Assembly: GCA_001000675.1 (NCBI GenBank)
Contig: LCHW01000003.1
Span: forward strand, 67,873 to 131,872
From: Candidatus Wolfebacteria bacterium GW2011_GWE2_44_13
GTDB lineage: Bacteria > Patescibacteriota > Minisyncoccia > UBA6257 > UBA9933
Reading direction: 5' to 3'
Length of the DNA: 64,000 bases
Shown here one piece after another: positions 9,248 to 18,244 of the stretch. The translations under genes and the position numbers were made by a program. The notes under the pieces are model-generated. The model saw only the letters and a program-made list of their open reading frames with translations, was not told where the DNA came from and did not search any database. How positions within the stretch are numbered: position 1 is the first letter of the stretch; each line of letters begins with the position of its first letter.

Positions 9248-10510
9248 TTAAAACGTTAATAATTTTTCAAACCGCTCCTTATCTTTAAAAGGGCCAATGA
9301 TTGCAAGGTTAAGGCCCTCGTTCTTCACAATGTCTTTTGCGACTGCCTGTATCTGTTCTGCGGTTACTTCTTGCGTTTTTTGTATCAACTCCTCAGGGCT
9401 CATCATCTTATGCTCTAACACCTCCTGAGAGCCATAGAAACCAGCCCATTGATTTGATGTTTCGAGGCCTAATACTAATCCGCCAATTAAGTGCTCTTTT
9501 GCTCGTTCTAATTCTTCGGCACTTACCGGCTCTTCAGCCATGCGCTTTAATTCGCCGATAATTGCGGTGATTACATCGTCTATTTTTTTATGATCGATGC
9601 CTGCGGATATATCTAAATAGCCATGATCGGTTGAAAGGTCTGCTCCCGAACCAATGTAATATGCAGCGCCCATTTCCTCCCGAACCTTTTGGAACAGCCG
9701 CGAGCTCATACCGCCGCCGAGAATATCGGTAAGCAATTCTATTGCATATTTTCGCTCGTCGAATAAATCAAACGCGCGCACCCCCATAACCAAGTGCGTC
9801 TGGTCTGTTTCTTTTGTTGTTAATACAACGCGCGGCTTGTCTTGCGATTCCAACGTCTTCTCTTTTGTTCCTTTTGTTCCTGTCGTGATATCTGCAAAAT
9901 ATTTTTTTACACCTTCAATTACTTCCTGCTCATCGAATGCTCCGGCAACAACAACAATCGTTGCATCGGCAACATAGTGCGCTTTGTGATACGCAACAAA
10001 ATCGTCTCGTTTAATGGCACTTACCACATCTTTGCGCCCTGCGATTGGCCAACCTGCTGGCTGATCCCCATACAATAATTCTACAAAAACATCCTGCACT
10101 TTGCGCATCGGCAAGTCCTCCATCATATTAATCTCCTCAATAATAACACCCTTCTCTTTATCTATTTCTGTTGCGTCGAATTTTTGATTGAGATAAATAT
10201 CCGAAACCACGTCTAAAATTAGCTCAAAATGTTTTGGCCGTGCCTTTGCATAATACCCTGTATATTCTTGACTCGTGAATGCATTGTATGAAGCGCCAAT
10301 ACCATCAAGCTCACTCGCAATGGAAAAAGCCGTTGGACGCTTCGCTGTACCCTTGAAGCACATATGTTCCAAAAAATGCGAAATACCATTCATTTCTTTC
10401 GTTTCATATTTTGAGCCCGTTTCGACAAGCACCAATACGGTCGTTGCCAAACTCGCCTCTTGGGGCGCTAAAATAAGTCGTAATCCATTGTCCAATGTCA
10501 GTTTCTTCAT
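9248..10510 (-). CDS. M16 family zinc peptidase
   Basis: HFLEH inverted zinc motif, NAFTS, LGGGMSSRLFQKVRE; start MKKLT at 10510. Confidence 0.95.
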   Translation of the reverse strand: MKKLTLDNGLRLILAPQEASLATTVLVLVETGSKYETKEMNGISHFLEHMCFKGTAKRPTAFSIASELDGIGASYNAFTSQEYTGYYAKARPKHFELILDVVSDIYLNQKFDATEIDKEKGVIIEEINMMEDLPMRKVQDVFVELLYGDQPAGWPIAGRKDVVSAIKRDDFVAYHKAHYVADATIVVVAGAFDEQEVIEGVKKYFADITTGTKGTKEKTLESQDKPRVVLTTKETDQTHLVMGVRAFDLFDERKYAIELLTDILGGGMSSRLFQKVREEMGAAYYIGSGADLSTDHGYLDISAGIDHKKIDDVITAIIGELKRMAEEPVSAEELERAKEHLIGGLVLGLETSNQWAGFYGSQEVLEHKMMSPEELIQKTQEVTAEQIQAVAKDIVKNEGLNLAIIGPFKDKERFEKLLTF

Positions 10511-10551
10511 ATTCCATTCATTATACACACTCCGGTCAATGAGGGAAATAA

Positions 10552-10686
10552 ACCCCCGCACTAATTGTAAATATGTTTGCCCTCGAAGCCGTCACTAGGA
10601 CTCTCGGTAATAATTCCCTTTATGCTTCGCTGAATATATCCACTACGGCAACTTATTGCTTCGCAATCTACAATTAGTGCGGGGGT
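10552..10686. mobile_element. 135-bp MITE-like element with perfect 18-bp terminal inverted repeats
   Basis: ACCCCCGCACTAATTGTA (10552-10569) / TACAATTAGTGCGGGGGT (10669-10686); no ORF inside. Confidence 0.7.
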
Positions 10687-10718
10687 AAAAAAAGCGCACC
10701 ATATGGTGCGCCCTTGCC

Positions 10719-11945
10719 TTATCTATTTTCTTCTCGCTTCCGAGGACGCTTACGCTTCTCCTTTTTTAGTCCTCTCATTTTTCTTAATGCGGCTACTTCA
10801 ATTTGACGAATGCGTTCTCGTGTTACCCCGAGCGAGATGCCTATCTCATCAAGCGTTTCGGTTTCTCGGCCTTCAAGCCCGAATCGCCGCTGGATAACCA
10901 TCAACTCCGTTTTCGACAACCGCGCAAGTGCAGGCATGAGTATTTTTTCTTTCATTTCCTGCCTGTAAACATTATCCTCGGGAGAAGGACGCGTGTCGGC
11001 AATCGTATCCCCCAGCGTTCCCTCTTCCCCCTCAAAGATTTCTTGATCGAGGGAATGTGTATTCAGCCTCACCTCTAATTGCTCCGCTGCGCGAAGACGC
11101 CCCCTGAGAGATGCTTCCACCTCCTGCTTGCTAATGCCTGCTTGCGTGTTATTGAAAAGGTTCGCCCGAAGTGCTTCTTCTACGAGCTCCTCAAAGCATG
11201 GCATTCTTCCTAGCTGAGCAGCCATCTGCGCAATCATGCTTCTTCGTCGATTAAGGAATTCTTCCATGTGCACAGGGACGCGAATGCTTCGCACTTTATC
11301 CATAAGTGCGCGTTCGATTGCTTGCCGTATCCACCACGTTGCATACGTAGAAACCCGGCAACCGGCTTCCGACTTAAACCTATCGATTGCCTTAATCAAA
11401 CCAATATTCCCCTCTTCGATTAAATCATCGATGAGCATTCCTCGGCTCCTGTATCGCTTTGTTATTTTTACAACTAAGCGAAGATTGCATGCGATAAGAG
11501 TGTCACGGCTTTTCTCGCATCCTGCTTCTTTTTTAAGGACCAAGCTTCTTTCCTCGTCTGCTGATAATAACACGCGCTTGTTCACATCCTTCATGTACGC
11601 GTCGATAGCGGAAACCGACGATTCGATTATTTCCTCTTTTTCAATAAGGAATCCTCCAAAGCCGATCTCACCCTCGTCCTCATTTTCACCTTCATCGTCG
11701 CCTTCTTCGTCTTCTAGCTCTTCTTCTTCTGACCAGTCATCGAGCTCAACCTCTGCAAGTTCTTCCCCCGAAGGCTCCCTTTCGTCACTCACAACTGAGC
11801 TCGACTTTTTTTGTTCATCGAGCACACCATTTTTTACAGGCTCTGGTGCGGGTGGTTTTTGCGCAATCTCTAATTCACTGAAGCATACCATCCAGTCCGT
11901 ATCATCAAGGACCAGCATTCCGCTTTTATGACCTTTCATAGCCAC
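10719..11945 (-). CDS. RNA polymerase sigma-70 factor, RpoD/RpoS-like (divergent, acidic N-terminus)
   Basis: NLRLVVKITKRY, DLIEEGNIGLIKAIDRF, STYATWWIRQAI, TLDEIG..GVTRERIRQIE. Confidence 0.93.
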   Translation of the reverse strand: MAMKGHKSGMLVLDDTDWMVCFSELEIAQKPPAPEPVKNGVLDEQKKSSSVVSDEREPSGEELAEVELDDWSEEEELEDEEGDDEGENEDEGEIGFGGFLIEKEEIIESSVSAIDAYMKDVNKRVLLSADEERSLVLKKEAGCEKSRDTLIACNLRLVVKITKRYRSRGMLIDDLIEEGNIGLIKAIDRFKSEAGCRVSTYATWWIRQAIERALMDKVRSIRVPVHMEEFLNRRRSMIAQMAAQLGRMPCFEELVEEALRANLFNNTQAGISKQEVEASLRGRLRAAEQLEVRLNTHSLDQEIFEGEEGTLGDTIADTRPSPEDNVYRQEMKEKILMPALARLSKTELMVIQRRFGLEGRETETLDEIGISLGVTRERIRQIEVAALRKMRGLKKEKRKRPRKREENR

Positions 11946-12059
11946 TCCCCTTTCGCATTAAATAGATTTTAAATGCTGCTAGTCCCATACAATCACGTAG
12001 CTCTTACTCTGTCAACTTTAAGGTAACAAAAAAAAGAGCGCACCTGGGTGCGCTCGTTG

Positions 12060-13244
12060 CTATTCTACCTCTCTCCCTTTATTAGGGTTGATAATTTCTA
12101 CCTCACCCTCCCCATTTAAAACAATCCGCTTCTTCAATATTCTCAACACCTTGTTTTGGATTTGACGAACCCGCTCTCGAGTAAGGCCGCCGAGAGCTTG
12201 CCCAATATCATCAAGCGTCCACTCGCCATACACAACGCCGTACATTGCTTGTATTACGAATCGCTGTTGAGGGGGTAACTCGCTCGTTGCCTTTTTCCGT
12301 ATCCATCCCCCTCGATTCGCCGCCGATTCAAGCACTGCTGCCGGTGCATGCAATAATCGCAGCGCTTCCAACTCCAGTATTTGCACTTCTTCGTGCGTTA
12401 CTTTCATAAGTTGCGCAATCGTTTCAGTTGGCAATGGATCGTCATTCAATCCAAACCGCAACACGATTACCCATCTATCCCTCAGTTTAAATGAGTTAAT
12501 CGTCCCCAAGATTTTTTCGCGCAAGTCGTCATCGCCAAGTGTTTCGTCTTGCAATGGTCTTTCATCAGGGATGGGCATCTCCGTGTCATCGCCATCTTTG
12601 TCCAGGCCAAATGTATCAATCGAAACAGATGGCATTACGCGATATTGCAAATATTTTCTTTGAGCACTCGAGAGGCCTGCTTCCTTGCAAATTTCCTCCT
12701 CGGTGCTTCCCACCTTTTTTTGATGTATGAGACGCAACGATGCGGTGCGATATTTACCCAGAACTTCGTGTGCATGCGCCGTCATTCTCACTACATCCCT
12801 TTTATTTATGATAAAACGCTCTATATACTGTTCTATCCAGTGCGCCGCGTACGTCAATAACGTACACCCAAATGTTGGATTGTACTTCATGATCCCCTTT
12901 CGCAATCCAAGGGACCCCTCACTAAATGCATCAAGAAAAGGGACGCCATATCGATTAGCGTACCGCCAAGCGATTTTTACAACAAATCGCAAGTTAGTTT
13001 CAATAAGCTTATTAAGAATCCGCTCATCTCCCGTTTTTTCGTATTGCGCCAGAAGTCTTTCCTGTACTGCTCGCTCTAAAATCGGAAATTTACCGATATC
13101 ACGCATAAGCAATGCGTTGAGGCTAATTTCTTGCTTCCACCCCTTCTTGCCATATACGGCCTGCCCCATATCATCTTCATCCCCTCCTGCTGGGTGTTGC
13201 GTGTACGTAACTACTACATCCTGACTTCCATCATCTTCGTACAT
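12060..13244 (-). CDS. Divergent sigma-70 factor with tandem-duplicated region 4
   Basis: NLRFVVKIAWRY, TYAAHWIEQYI; two region-4 units RDRWVIVLRFGL...ALRLL and QQRFVIQAMYG...TRERVRQIQNKVLRIL. Confidence 0.88.
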   Translation of the reverse strand: MYEDDGSQDVVVTYTQHPAGGDEDDMGQAVYGKKGWKQEISLNALLMRDIGKFPILERAVQERLLAQYEKTGDERILNKLIETNLRFVVKIAWRYANRYGVPFLDAFSEGSLGLRKGIMKYNPTFGCTLLTYAAHWIEQYIERFIINKRDVVRMTAHAHEVLGKYRTASLRLIHQKKVGSTEEEICKEAGLSSAQRKYLQYRVMPSVSIDTFGLDKDGDDTEMPIPDERPLQDETLGDDDLREKILGTINSFKLRDRWVIVLRFGLNDDPLPTETIAQLMKVTHEEVQILELEALRLLHAPAAVLESAANRGGWIRKKATSELPPQQRFVIQAMYGVVYGEWTLDDIGQALGGLTRERVRQIQNKVLRILKKRIVLNGEGEVEIINPNKGREVE

Positions 13245-13387
13245 CGCTAATCCCCTTTCAAGGTAGGTTAATTTTCAATATTACTGACTCCATACAACCA
13301 CTTGGCTTGCATTATGTCAAATATTTTTCTTCTCCCTCGGGTATTACAAAAAGGCACCGCGTAATGCGATGCCTTTTTGTTTATATG

Positions 13388-13458
13388 TCGGGGTGCCGAG
13401 AATCGAACTCGGATCTTACACTCCCGAAGCGCATATACTACCATTATACTACACCCCG
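13388..13458 (-). tRNA. tRNA-Pro(CGG), CCA not encoded
   Basis: CGGGGTG acceptor, TGCGC-TT CGG GA-GTGTA, CCGAGTTCGATTCTCGG. Confidence 0.94.
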
Positions 13459-13529
13459 CTAGAAACTTTAGCGCTTCAGAACAAATCTTCTGTATTATTG
13501 TCTAAATTTTATTTTTATACAAGTACGCT

Positions 13530-15002
13530 TCACACATGAAACTGCTTCTTCATTTCATGTTCAATACCCTCTTCAAATTCGTCTTTTGTTTCTTTCGCCT
13601 TTTTGACCATCGCGTCTAATTCAGATTCACTTAATTCATTTAATTCGGTCACGCGGCGCTTTAATAGCACCTGCTCATTCTTAAATGGATCTTCGATTAC
13701 TTCCTCAAGCAACACAGCGAGAATCTTCCCTATCTTCGGCCCTGGCTTAATAGTAAGCAATTCCATAATTTCCTCACCATTAATCTTAATCATCTTCGGC
13801 GATATTGGGTCGCGCTTTACCTTTTCTATCATAAACAACAGATGGCGCAATTTATACGGCACTGCTTTCGGCACACCCGAACCGATGCGATCTGCTTCGC
13901 GCACCTTAATAAGATCATCAATTGACTCAGGACCAACCCGCGCCAAAAATCGGCGCACACCTGCTGGACTTACTTCTCCTACGTTGTAGTAGAACATGTG
14001 GTACCGAATGAGATGGATAATATTTTCCGCGATATGTTTTGGAAAATGTAATCGATCGAGCATGCGCGTCGCAATACGTGCCCCAACTAATTCATGATTA
14101 TAGAACGTCGAGTGCTTCCCGTCCCCTGCTTTTGTTTTTGGCTTTCCTACGTCATGCAACAATGCAGCGAGTCGTATCTCGAGTTCGTATCCTTGTTTTA
14201 CCGCATACTCAAGCGATTTTAAATTATGCTCCCATACTGAATAAATGTGGTGCTCGTTTTGCCCCACACCAATACCATCGCGCAACTCAGGCATAACAAA
14301 ACGTAGCAGACCTGTTCGTTCTAATTCTTCTATTCCCTCCACCGCTTTTTTTGTTGCTATGATTTTAATAAACTCATCGCGAACACGTTCTTTTGCAATC
14401 ATCTCTAGTAACCCCGCGCTCTGTTGCAACGCTTTCTCGGTATACTCTTCAATAACAAAGCCAAACTCAGCAGAAAATCGCACACCGCGCATAAGACGCA
14501 GCGCATCTTCTTCAAATCGCTTTAGTGGATCCCCTACTGTTCGGATGACTCCATTCTCTAAATCTTCCCTGCCTCCATAGGGATCAATTACTTCGTTTGT
14601 ATCGATATCATACGCCATCGCATTGATCGTAAAATCACGACGTGATAAGTCGTCTTCAACTTTGTCGGCGAAGCGCACTTCATCAGGATGTCGCTTGTCG
14701 GAATATTTTCCCTCGATGCGAAATGTTGTCACTTCGACAATTTTGAGCTTCGGATCTTCGCTGTCTGTTTTAATGGCGACCGTGCCAAAATTATTCTCAT
14801 ATACGCTTTCTGGAAATAACTCTTGAATCTTCTCTGGACGAGCAGCTGTGGTAATATCCCAATCTTTTGGTTCAACACCGACAATCATGTCCCGTACGCA
14901 CCCTCCTACTAAATAGGCCTCAAATCCGGCTAATTTTAATAAAGCGCAGATGGCTCGCGCTTCTTTTGGTATTTCAAATTGTTTCTGTTCCTTTTTACGC
15001 AT
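13530..15002 (-). CDS. cca: CCA tRNA nucleotidyltransferase with HD domain
   Basis: YLVGGCVRD, KDWDITT, DLSRRDFTINAMA, EDALRLMR, LLHDVGK. Confidence 0.92.
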   Translation of the reverse strand: MRKKEQKQFEIPKEARAICALLKLAGFEAYLVGGCVRDMIVGVEPKDWDITTAARPEKIQELFPESVYENNFGTVAIKTDSEDPKLKIVEVTTFRIEGKYSDKRHPDEVRFADKVEDDLSRRDFTINAMAYDIDTNEVIDPYGGREDLENGVIRTVGDPLKRFEEDALRLMRGVRFSAEFGFVIEEYTEKALQQSAGLLEMIAKERVRDEFIKIIATKKAVEGIEELERTGLLRFVMPELRDGIGVGQNEHHIYSVWEHNLKSLEYAVKQGYELEIRLAALLHDVGKPKTKAGDGKHSTFYNHELVGARIATRMLDRLHFPKHIAENIIHLIRYHMFYYNVGEVSPAGVRRFLARVGPESIDDLIKVREADRIGSGVPKAVPYKLRHLLFMIEKVKRDPISPKMIKINGEEIMELLTIKPGPKIGKILAVLLEEVIEDPFKNEQVLLKRRVTELNELSESELDAMVKKAKETKDEFEEGIEHEMKKQFHV

Positions 15003-15067
15003 TCTTGCTTGACGAATCTTGTCTTTTGTTGATTTCCATTATACACTATACAAGTTAAAAACATAAA

Positions 15068-15144
15068 GCACCCGTAGCTCAATTGGATAGAGTAGCTGCC
15101 TTCGAAGCAGTTGGTTGGGGGTTCGAGTCCCTCCGGGTGCACCA
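15068..15144 (+). tRNA. tRNA-Arg(TCG)
   Basis: GCACCCG acceptor, GCTGC-CT TCG AA-GCAGT, GTTCGAGTC, CCA encoded. Confidence 0.95.
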
Positions 15145-15202
15145 AGTTATATTGACGACCTCTTTTTGTTTGTACTATACTAACTTGGTATCTATTTTAT
15201 AC

Positions 15203-15276
15203 GCCCCTGTAGCTCAGCCCGGTAGAGCACCTGCCTTTTAAGCAGTGTGTCGATGGTTCAAATCCATCCGGGGGCA
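15203..15276 (+). tRNA. tRNA-Lys(TTT), CCA not encoded
   Basis: GCCCCTG acceptor, CTGC-CT TTT AA-GCAG, GATGGTTCAAATCCATC. Confidence 0.94.
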
Positions 15277-15338
15277 CATAGTCAATTCATATTAATTGAC
15301 TAACAATAACAGTTTCTCTATGATGAGGACGTTATAAT

Positions 15339-15414
15339 GCATCTCTAGCTCAATTGGTAGAGCAGGGGCCTCTTAAGCCCAAGGTTCCGGGTTCGATTCC
15401 CGGGGGATGCACCA
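15339..15414 (+). tRNA. tRNA-Lys(CTT), integration site of the island
   Basis: GCATCTC acceptor, GGGC-CT CTT AA-GCCC, CCGGGTTCGATTCCCGG, CCA encoded. Confidence 0.96.
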
Positions 15415-17077
15415 CATGGGTTTCCGCATTGTCGGAAGCCTTAGAAAGCTGGAAAATCCAAGTCAATTTGGGTGTTCCATTACATATTTCTTCATACGTT
15501 GGAGTTTCTTCAAACACAAGCCCGAATAAGGCCTGTTGTTGCATGATATTCGTTGTGTTTAACAGCATTTCCGCGGGGTGTTCCATTATTTTTTTCGCGT
15601 CCCTAATAAAGTCGTCGATATCCCGCTCGGTGATCTCCATCTTGTTCCGTTCGGTTTGAGCACTTCTCATTCGTCGATCAATTGCTTCTATTTCTTTTTC
15701 TATCACTTGCCTGACCACGTCACTACCGGTGGCAATAAATGCCTTCACGGCTTGTGCCTTTTCTGCTTCGAGCTCGGACACATTAAGGCTGACTTCTGAC
15801 GCAACCTGCATAATCTCCCCTTGTCTCTCTCGGTAGCGATCAAGCAATACAGTATGCAAGCTGTTTATGATTTCCGGCTGAAAGTGTAGGTCGTTAATAA
15901 ACTTTTCGACAGATGCGTCAAAAGTCTCTTTTTTTATTCCAATATATTTGTGATCTCGGGCGCAGTGGTATGTCGGAAATCCCGCCCCGCTTTTACCCTT
16001 CGGAGAACTACCCAAAAATGGCTTCTTACAAATTGGACATAAGATACTCTTGTATGGGAACAGTGGGTTATTCCGCATGCGTTTATAAACAACGAGATCC
16101 GGGTGGTAATCATAGAGTGCCTCCAAAAAGTCCCCGTCTTTGCGGATAAATACTTTCCCCCTATTGGCAGCATTAAATGTCTCTATGGATACAAGCCCTT
16201 CATAAGCCGCCTTTACCGGCTTGTAATTCGTCCACTTCTCTACCAGAACCCCACAATAGATAGGCTTTCTTATGTGCTGTTGTAGTTTTTTAACATTTAA
16301 GACGCACTCTCCCGTTTGCCCAATTATTTCTTGATGGGTCGCCTTATCAAATTTGTTACGGAGCTTAGTTCTATACCCCATGGCATTTACCCTATCGACA
16401 ATCTCAATATCCGTGTACTGTCCCAATGCCCTCATTTCAAGCATGGCTATATAATACTTCGCTCGTTCAGGATCTGCGACTTGAATAGTACGCTTCTTGC
16501 CTCCAACATAAACCTTTTTATTAATATATCCATCTTGTGGAGCATTTGCCTTATACCCTTGTTGGGTTAGCCAAATTTCCTGTCCTATCATCCGTGTCAG
16601 GATTTTTGTAACCTCATCTTTTGCCGTTGTAGCAAGGACCACTTCCGATACTTCGCTCGGGGAAGATTGGCTCCACTCATATCCGAATCCATAATTTTCA
16701 AGCGTATTATAAGATGGCTGAATAATTCCATTCGTATCAAACATCTCCACCCCTCGCTTCATGAGTTCTCGCTTTATAAGTCCGTAAGCATCGGCTCCTC
16801 CTCGAGTACACCTGTCAATCGCCTTAAATACATAGTACTGAACTTTGCCGGGATTTTTATCAATAAAAGCGAGTATCTCCTGAAAAACAGGCCGCTGCTT
16901 TTTCCTTCCCGAAAAGCTTTCAAGCCATGGATCGTGCATAAGCTTCCACCCTTTTGCAATCGTTATTCTTTCACAGTTTTTGCTTTGCTCGCCCAAACTC
17001 TCCCCTTCTTGTGCCTGTTTAGTAGAGCTCACACGGCAGTGTATAATACAACCTTTTTGTTGATTATCTTTATTCAT
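15350..17077 (-). CDS. Large serine recombinase (integrase)
   Basis: HCRVSSTKQ catalytic motif, SG...RPVF, DR, recombinase domain, Zn ribbon CPIC...YHC, coiled coil; 3' end overlaps tRNA-Lys antisense. Confidence 0.93.
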   Translation of the reverse strand: MNKDNQQKGCIIHCRVSSTKQAQEGESLGEQSKNCERITIAKGWKLMHDPWLESFSGRKKQRPVFQEILAFIDKNPGKVQYYVFKAIDRCTRGGADAYGLIKRELMKRGVEMFDTNGIIQPSYNTLENYGFGYEWSQSSPSEVSEVVLATTAKDEVTKILTRMIGQEIWLTQQGYKANAPQDGYINKKVYVGGKKRTIQVADPERAKYYIAMLEMRALGQYTDIEIVDRVNAMGYRTKLRNKFDKATHQEIIGQTGECVLNVKKLQQHIRKPIYCGVLVEKWTNYKPVKAAYEGLVSIETFNAANRGKVFIRKDGDFLEALYDYHPDLVVYKRMRNNPLFPYKSILCPICKKPFLGSSPKGKSGAGFPTYHCARDHKYIGIKKETFDASVEKFINDLHFQPEIINSLHTVLLDRYRERQGEIMQVASEVSLNVSELEAEKAQAVKAFIATGSDVVRQVIEKEIEAIDRRMRSAQTERNKMEITERDIDDFIRDAKKIMEHPAEMLLNTTNIMQQQALFGLVFEETPTYEEICNGTPKLTWIFQLSKASDNAETHVVHPPGIEPGTLGLRGPCSTN

Positions 17078-17099
17078 GCTTGTTTTTTAGATAATAATC

Positions 17100-17297
17100 T
17101 TATCCGCCCTCATTCTCTCTATTATGCTGTAATTGTCCATTAAATCCAGCTTTTCTGGTATTGTTTCTTTCCAGCCACTGATCAAAAATTGCATCAGCCA
17201 TTCGATATTCCCAATCATAAAGTTGCCTGACCTGTTCTTCGGTTAAGCGTTCTCCGTAAGCGCCCAATAGATTTTTAAAATCAGTGATTGAAATCAT
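17100..17297 (-). CDS. Small helical protein upstream of integrase (candidate recombination directionality factor)
   Basis: 65 aa, MISITDFKNLLG..LTEEQVRQLYD..ADAIFDQW, stops 22 nt before integrase start; function inferred from position only. Confidence 0.65.
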   Translation of the reverse strand: MISITDFKNLLGAYGERLTEEQVRQLYDWEYRMADAIFDQWLERNNTRKAGFNGQLQHNRENEGG

Positions 17298-17473
17298 ATT
17301 GTCGATTGATTGAAGACTTCGATTTATCTTTTTATCGCCGACCGCCTCACAATCCTTATCGTTCGCCTTAGCGCTTGGCTTATTAGCAAGGCGCGTATTC
17401 TATCTCTTTGTCTCTTTCCGCCCCACACGGGGCGATTTGTCCCCTATTTATGCCGTCCTTGGCGGCGTAGGAA

Positions 17474-17535
17474 CCAAAAAAGCCCCCAAGACCAAACACA
17501 ACTCTTGGGTTATGTTCGATCTTGGAGGCTTTCCG
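17474..17535 (-). terminator. Long hairpin terminator/attenuator upstream of the small gene and integrase
   Basis: Minus strand GCCTCCAAGATCGAACATAAC-loop-GTTGTGTTTGGTCTTGGGGGC followed by T6. Confidence 0.65.
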
Positions 17536-17840
17536 CTCAATTACTATTTTAGTAACTAATCAGTGCTAACAGTTCTATGCCGACAAAAGACTGTTTGAAA
17601 GCGGCCCTACTCTTGAATTTACTGTATACGGGCTAAGCTAATAATCAACGGTTTTATAAGCACTGATTCTTGAAGTATTCTATTGTTCTTTCTTGAATTA
17701 AGTATAACACGCTACCCCTTTTATGTAGCATAAAACGAGGTAATATTCCCATTAAATGTGGGCGCGCAGACTCTTGACAGATTTATTTCTGACACCTTCT
17801 AAGCCGGCGGACCAGACTTAAATGCATTTTCGAATTCATA

Positions 17841-18230
17841 TTATTTCCTTCTCGTCTCCCTCGTTTTTTTCTCAAGATATTCGCTATCCATGGCCATTTT
17901 CCAGCCTTCTCGCGCGTGTAATATGAAATTAGGAATGTTAGAAACGACGGTAATCCCGAGGATTCCCCAGAAAGCCACTATTTCAATAGTTGCATACCCT
18001 AATTTAAACCACTCGACACTTACATAGTCGATGCCCCAGAGTAAGACACTTACAACAATTAATGTGGCCATGTGCAACGCAAACCCTCCCAGATTAACGG
18101 CAATTTGTTTTCTTCTAATAACTCCAATGAGGGCAACGACCGCTGCCACAAAACTTAGCCATGATTGCATAATGAGTCTTGCCGCTGCCCATCCAAGAAA
18201 TATAGCGATCACAATCCTTATAATTAGCAT
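17841..18230 (-). CDS. Hypothetical membrane protein
   Basis: 3-4 hydrophobic segments, starts 14 nt after upstream gene. Confidence 0.7.
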   Translation of the reverse strand: MLIIRIVIAIFLGWAAARLIMQSWLSFVAAVVALIGVIRRKQIAVNLGGFALHMATLIVVSVLLWGIDYVSVEWFKLGYATIEIVAFWGILGITVVSNIPNFILHAREGWKMAMDSEYLEKKTRETRRK

Positions 18231-18244
18231 GTCTTTTATTATTT

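Noticed and set aside
15137-15144. tRNA-Arg 3' end GTGCACCA matches 23891-23898 over 8 bp, one more than tRNA-Lys
   Set aside because: The integrase abuts tRNA-Lys(CTT), and only that junction restores the attP symmetry and the in-frame tail; at most a secondary target.
14936-15659. ORFs 14936-15145 (-) and 15354-15659 (+)
   Set aside because: Shadow frames over tRNA genes and the integrase.
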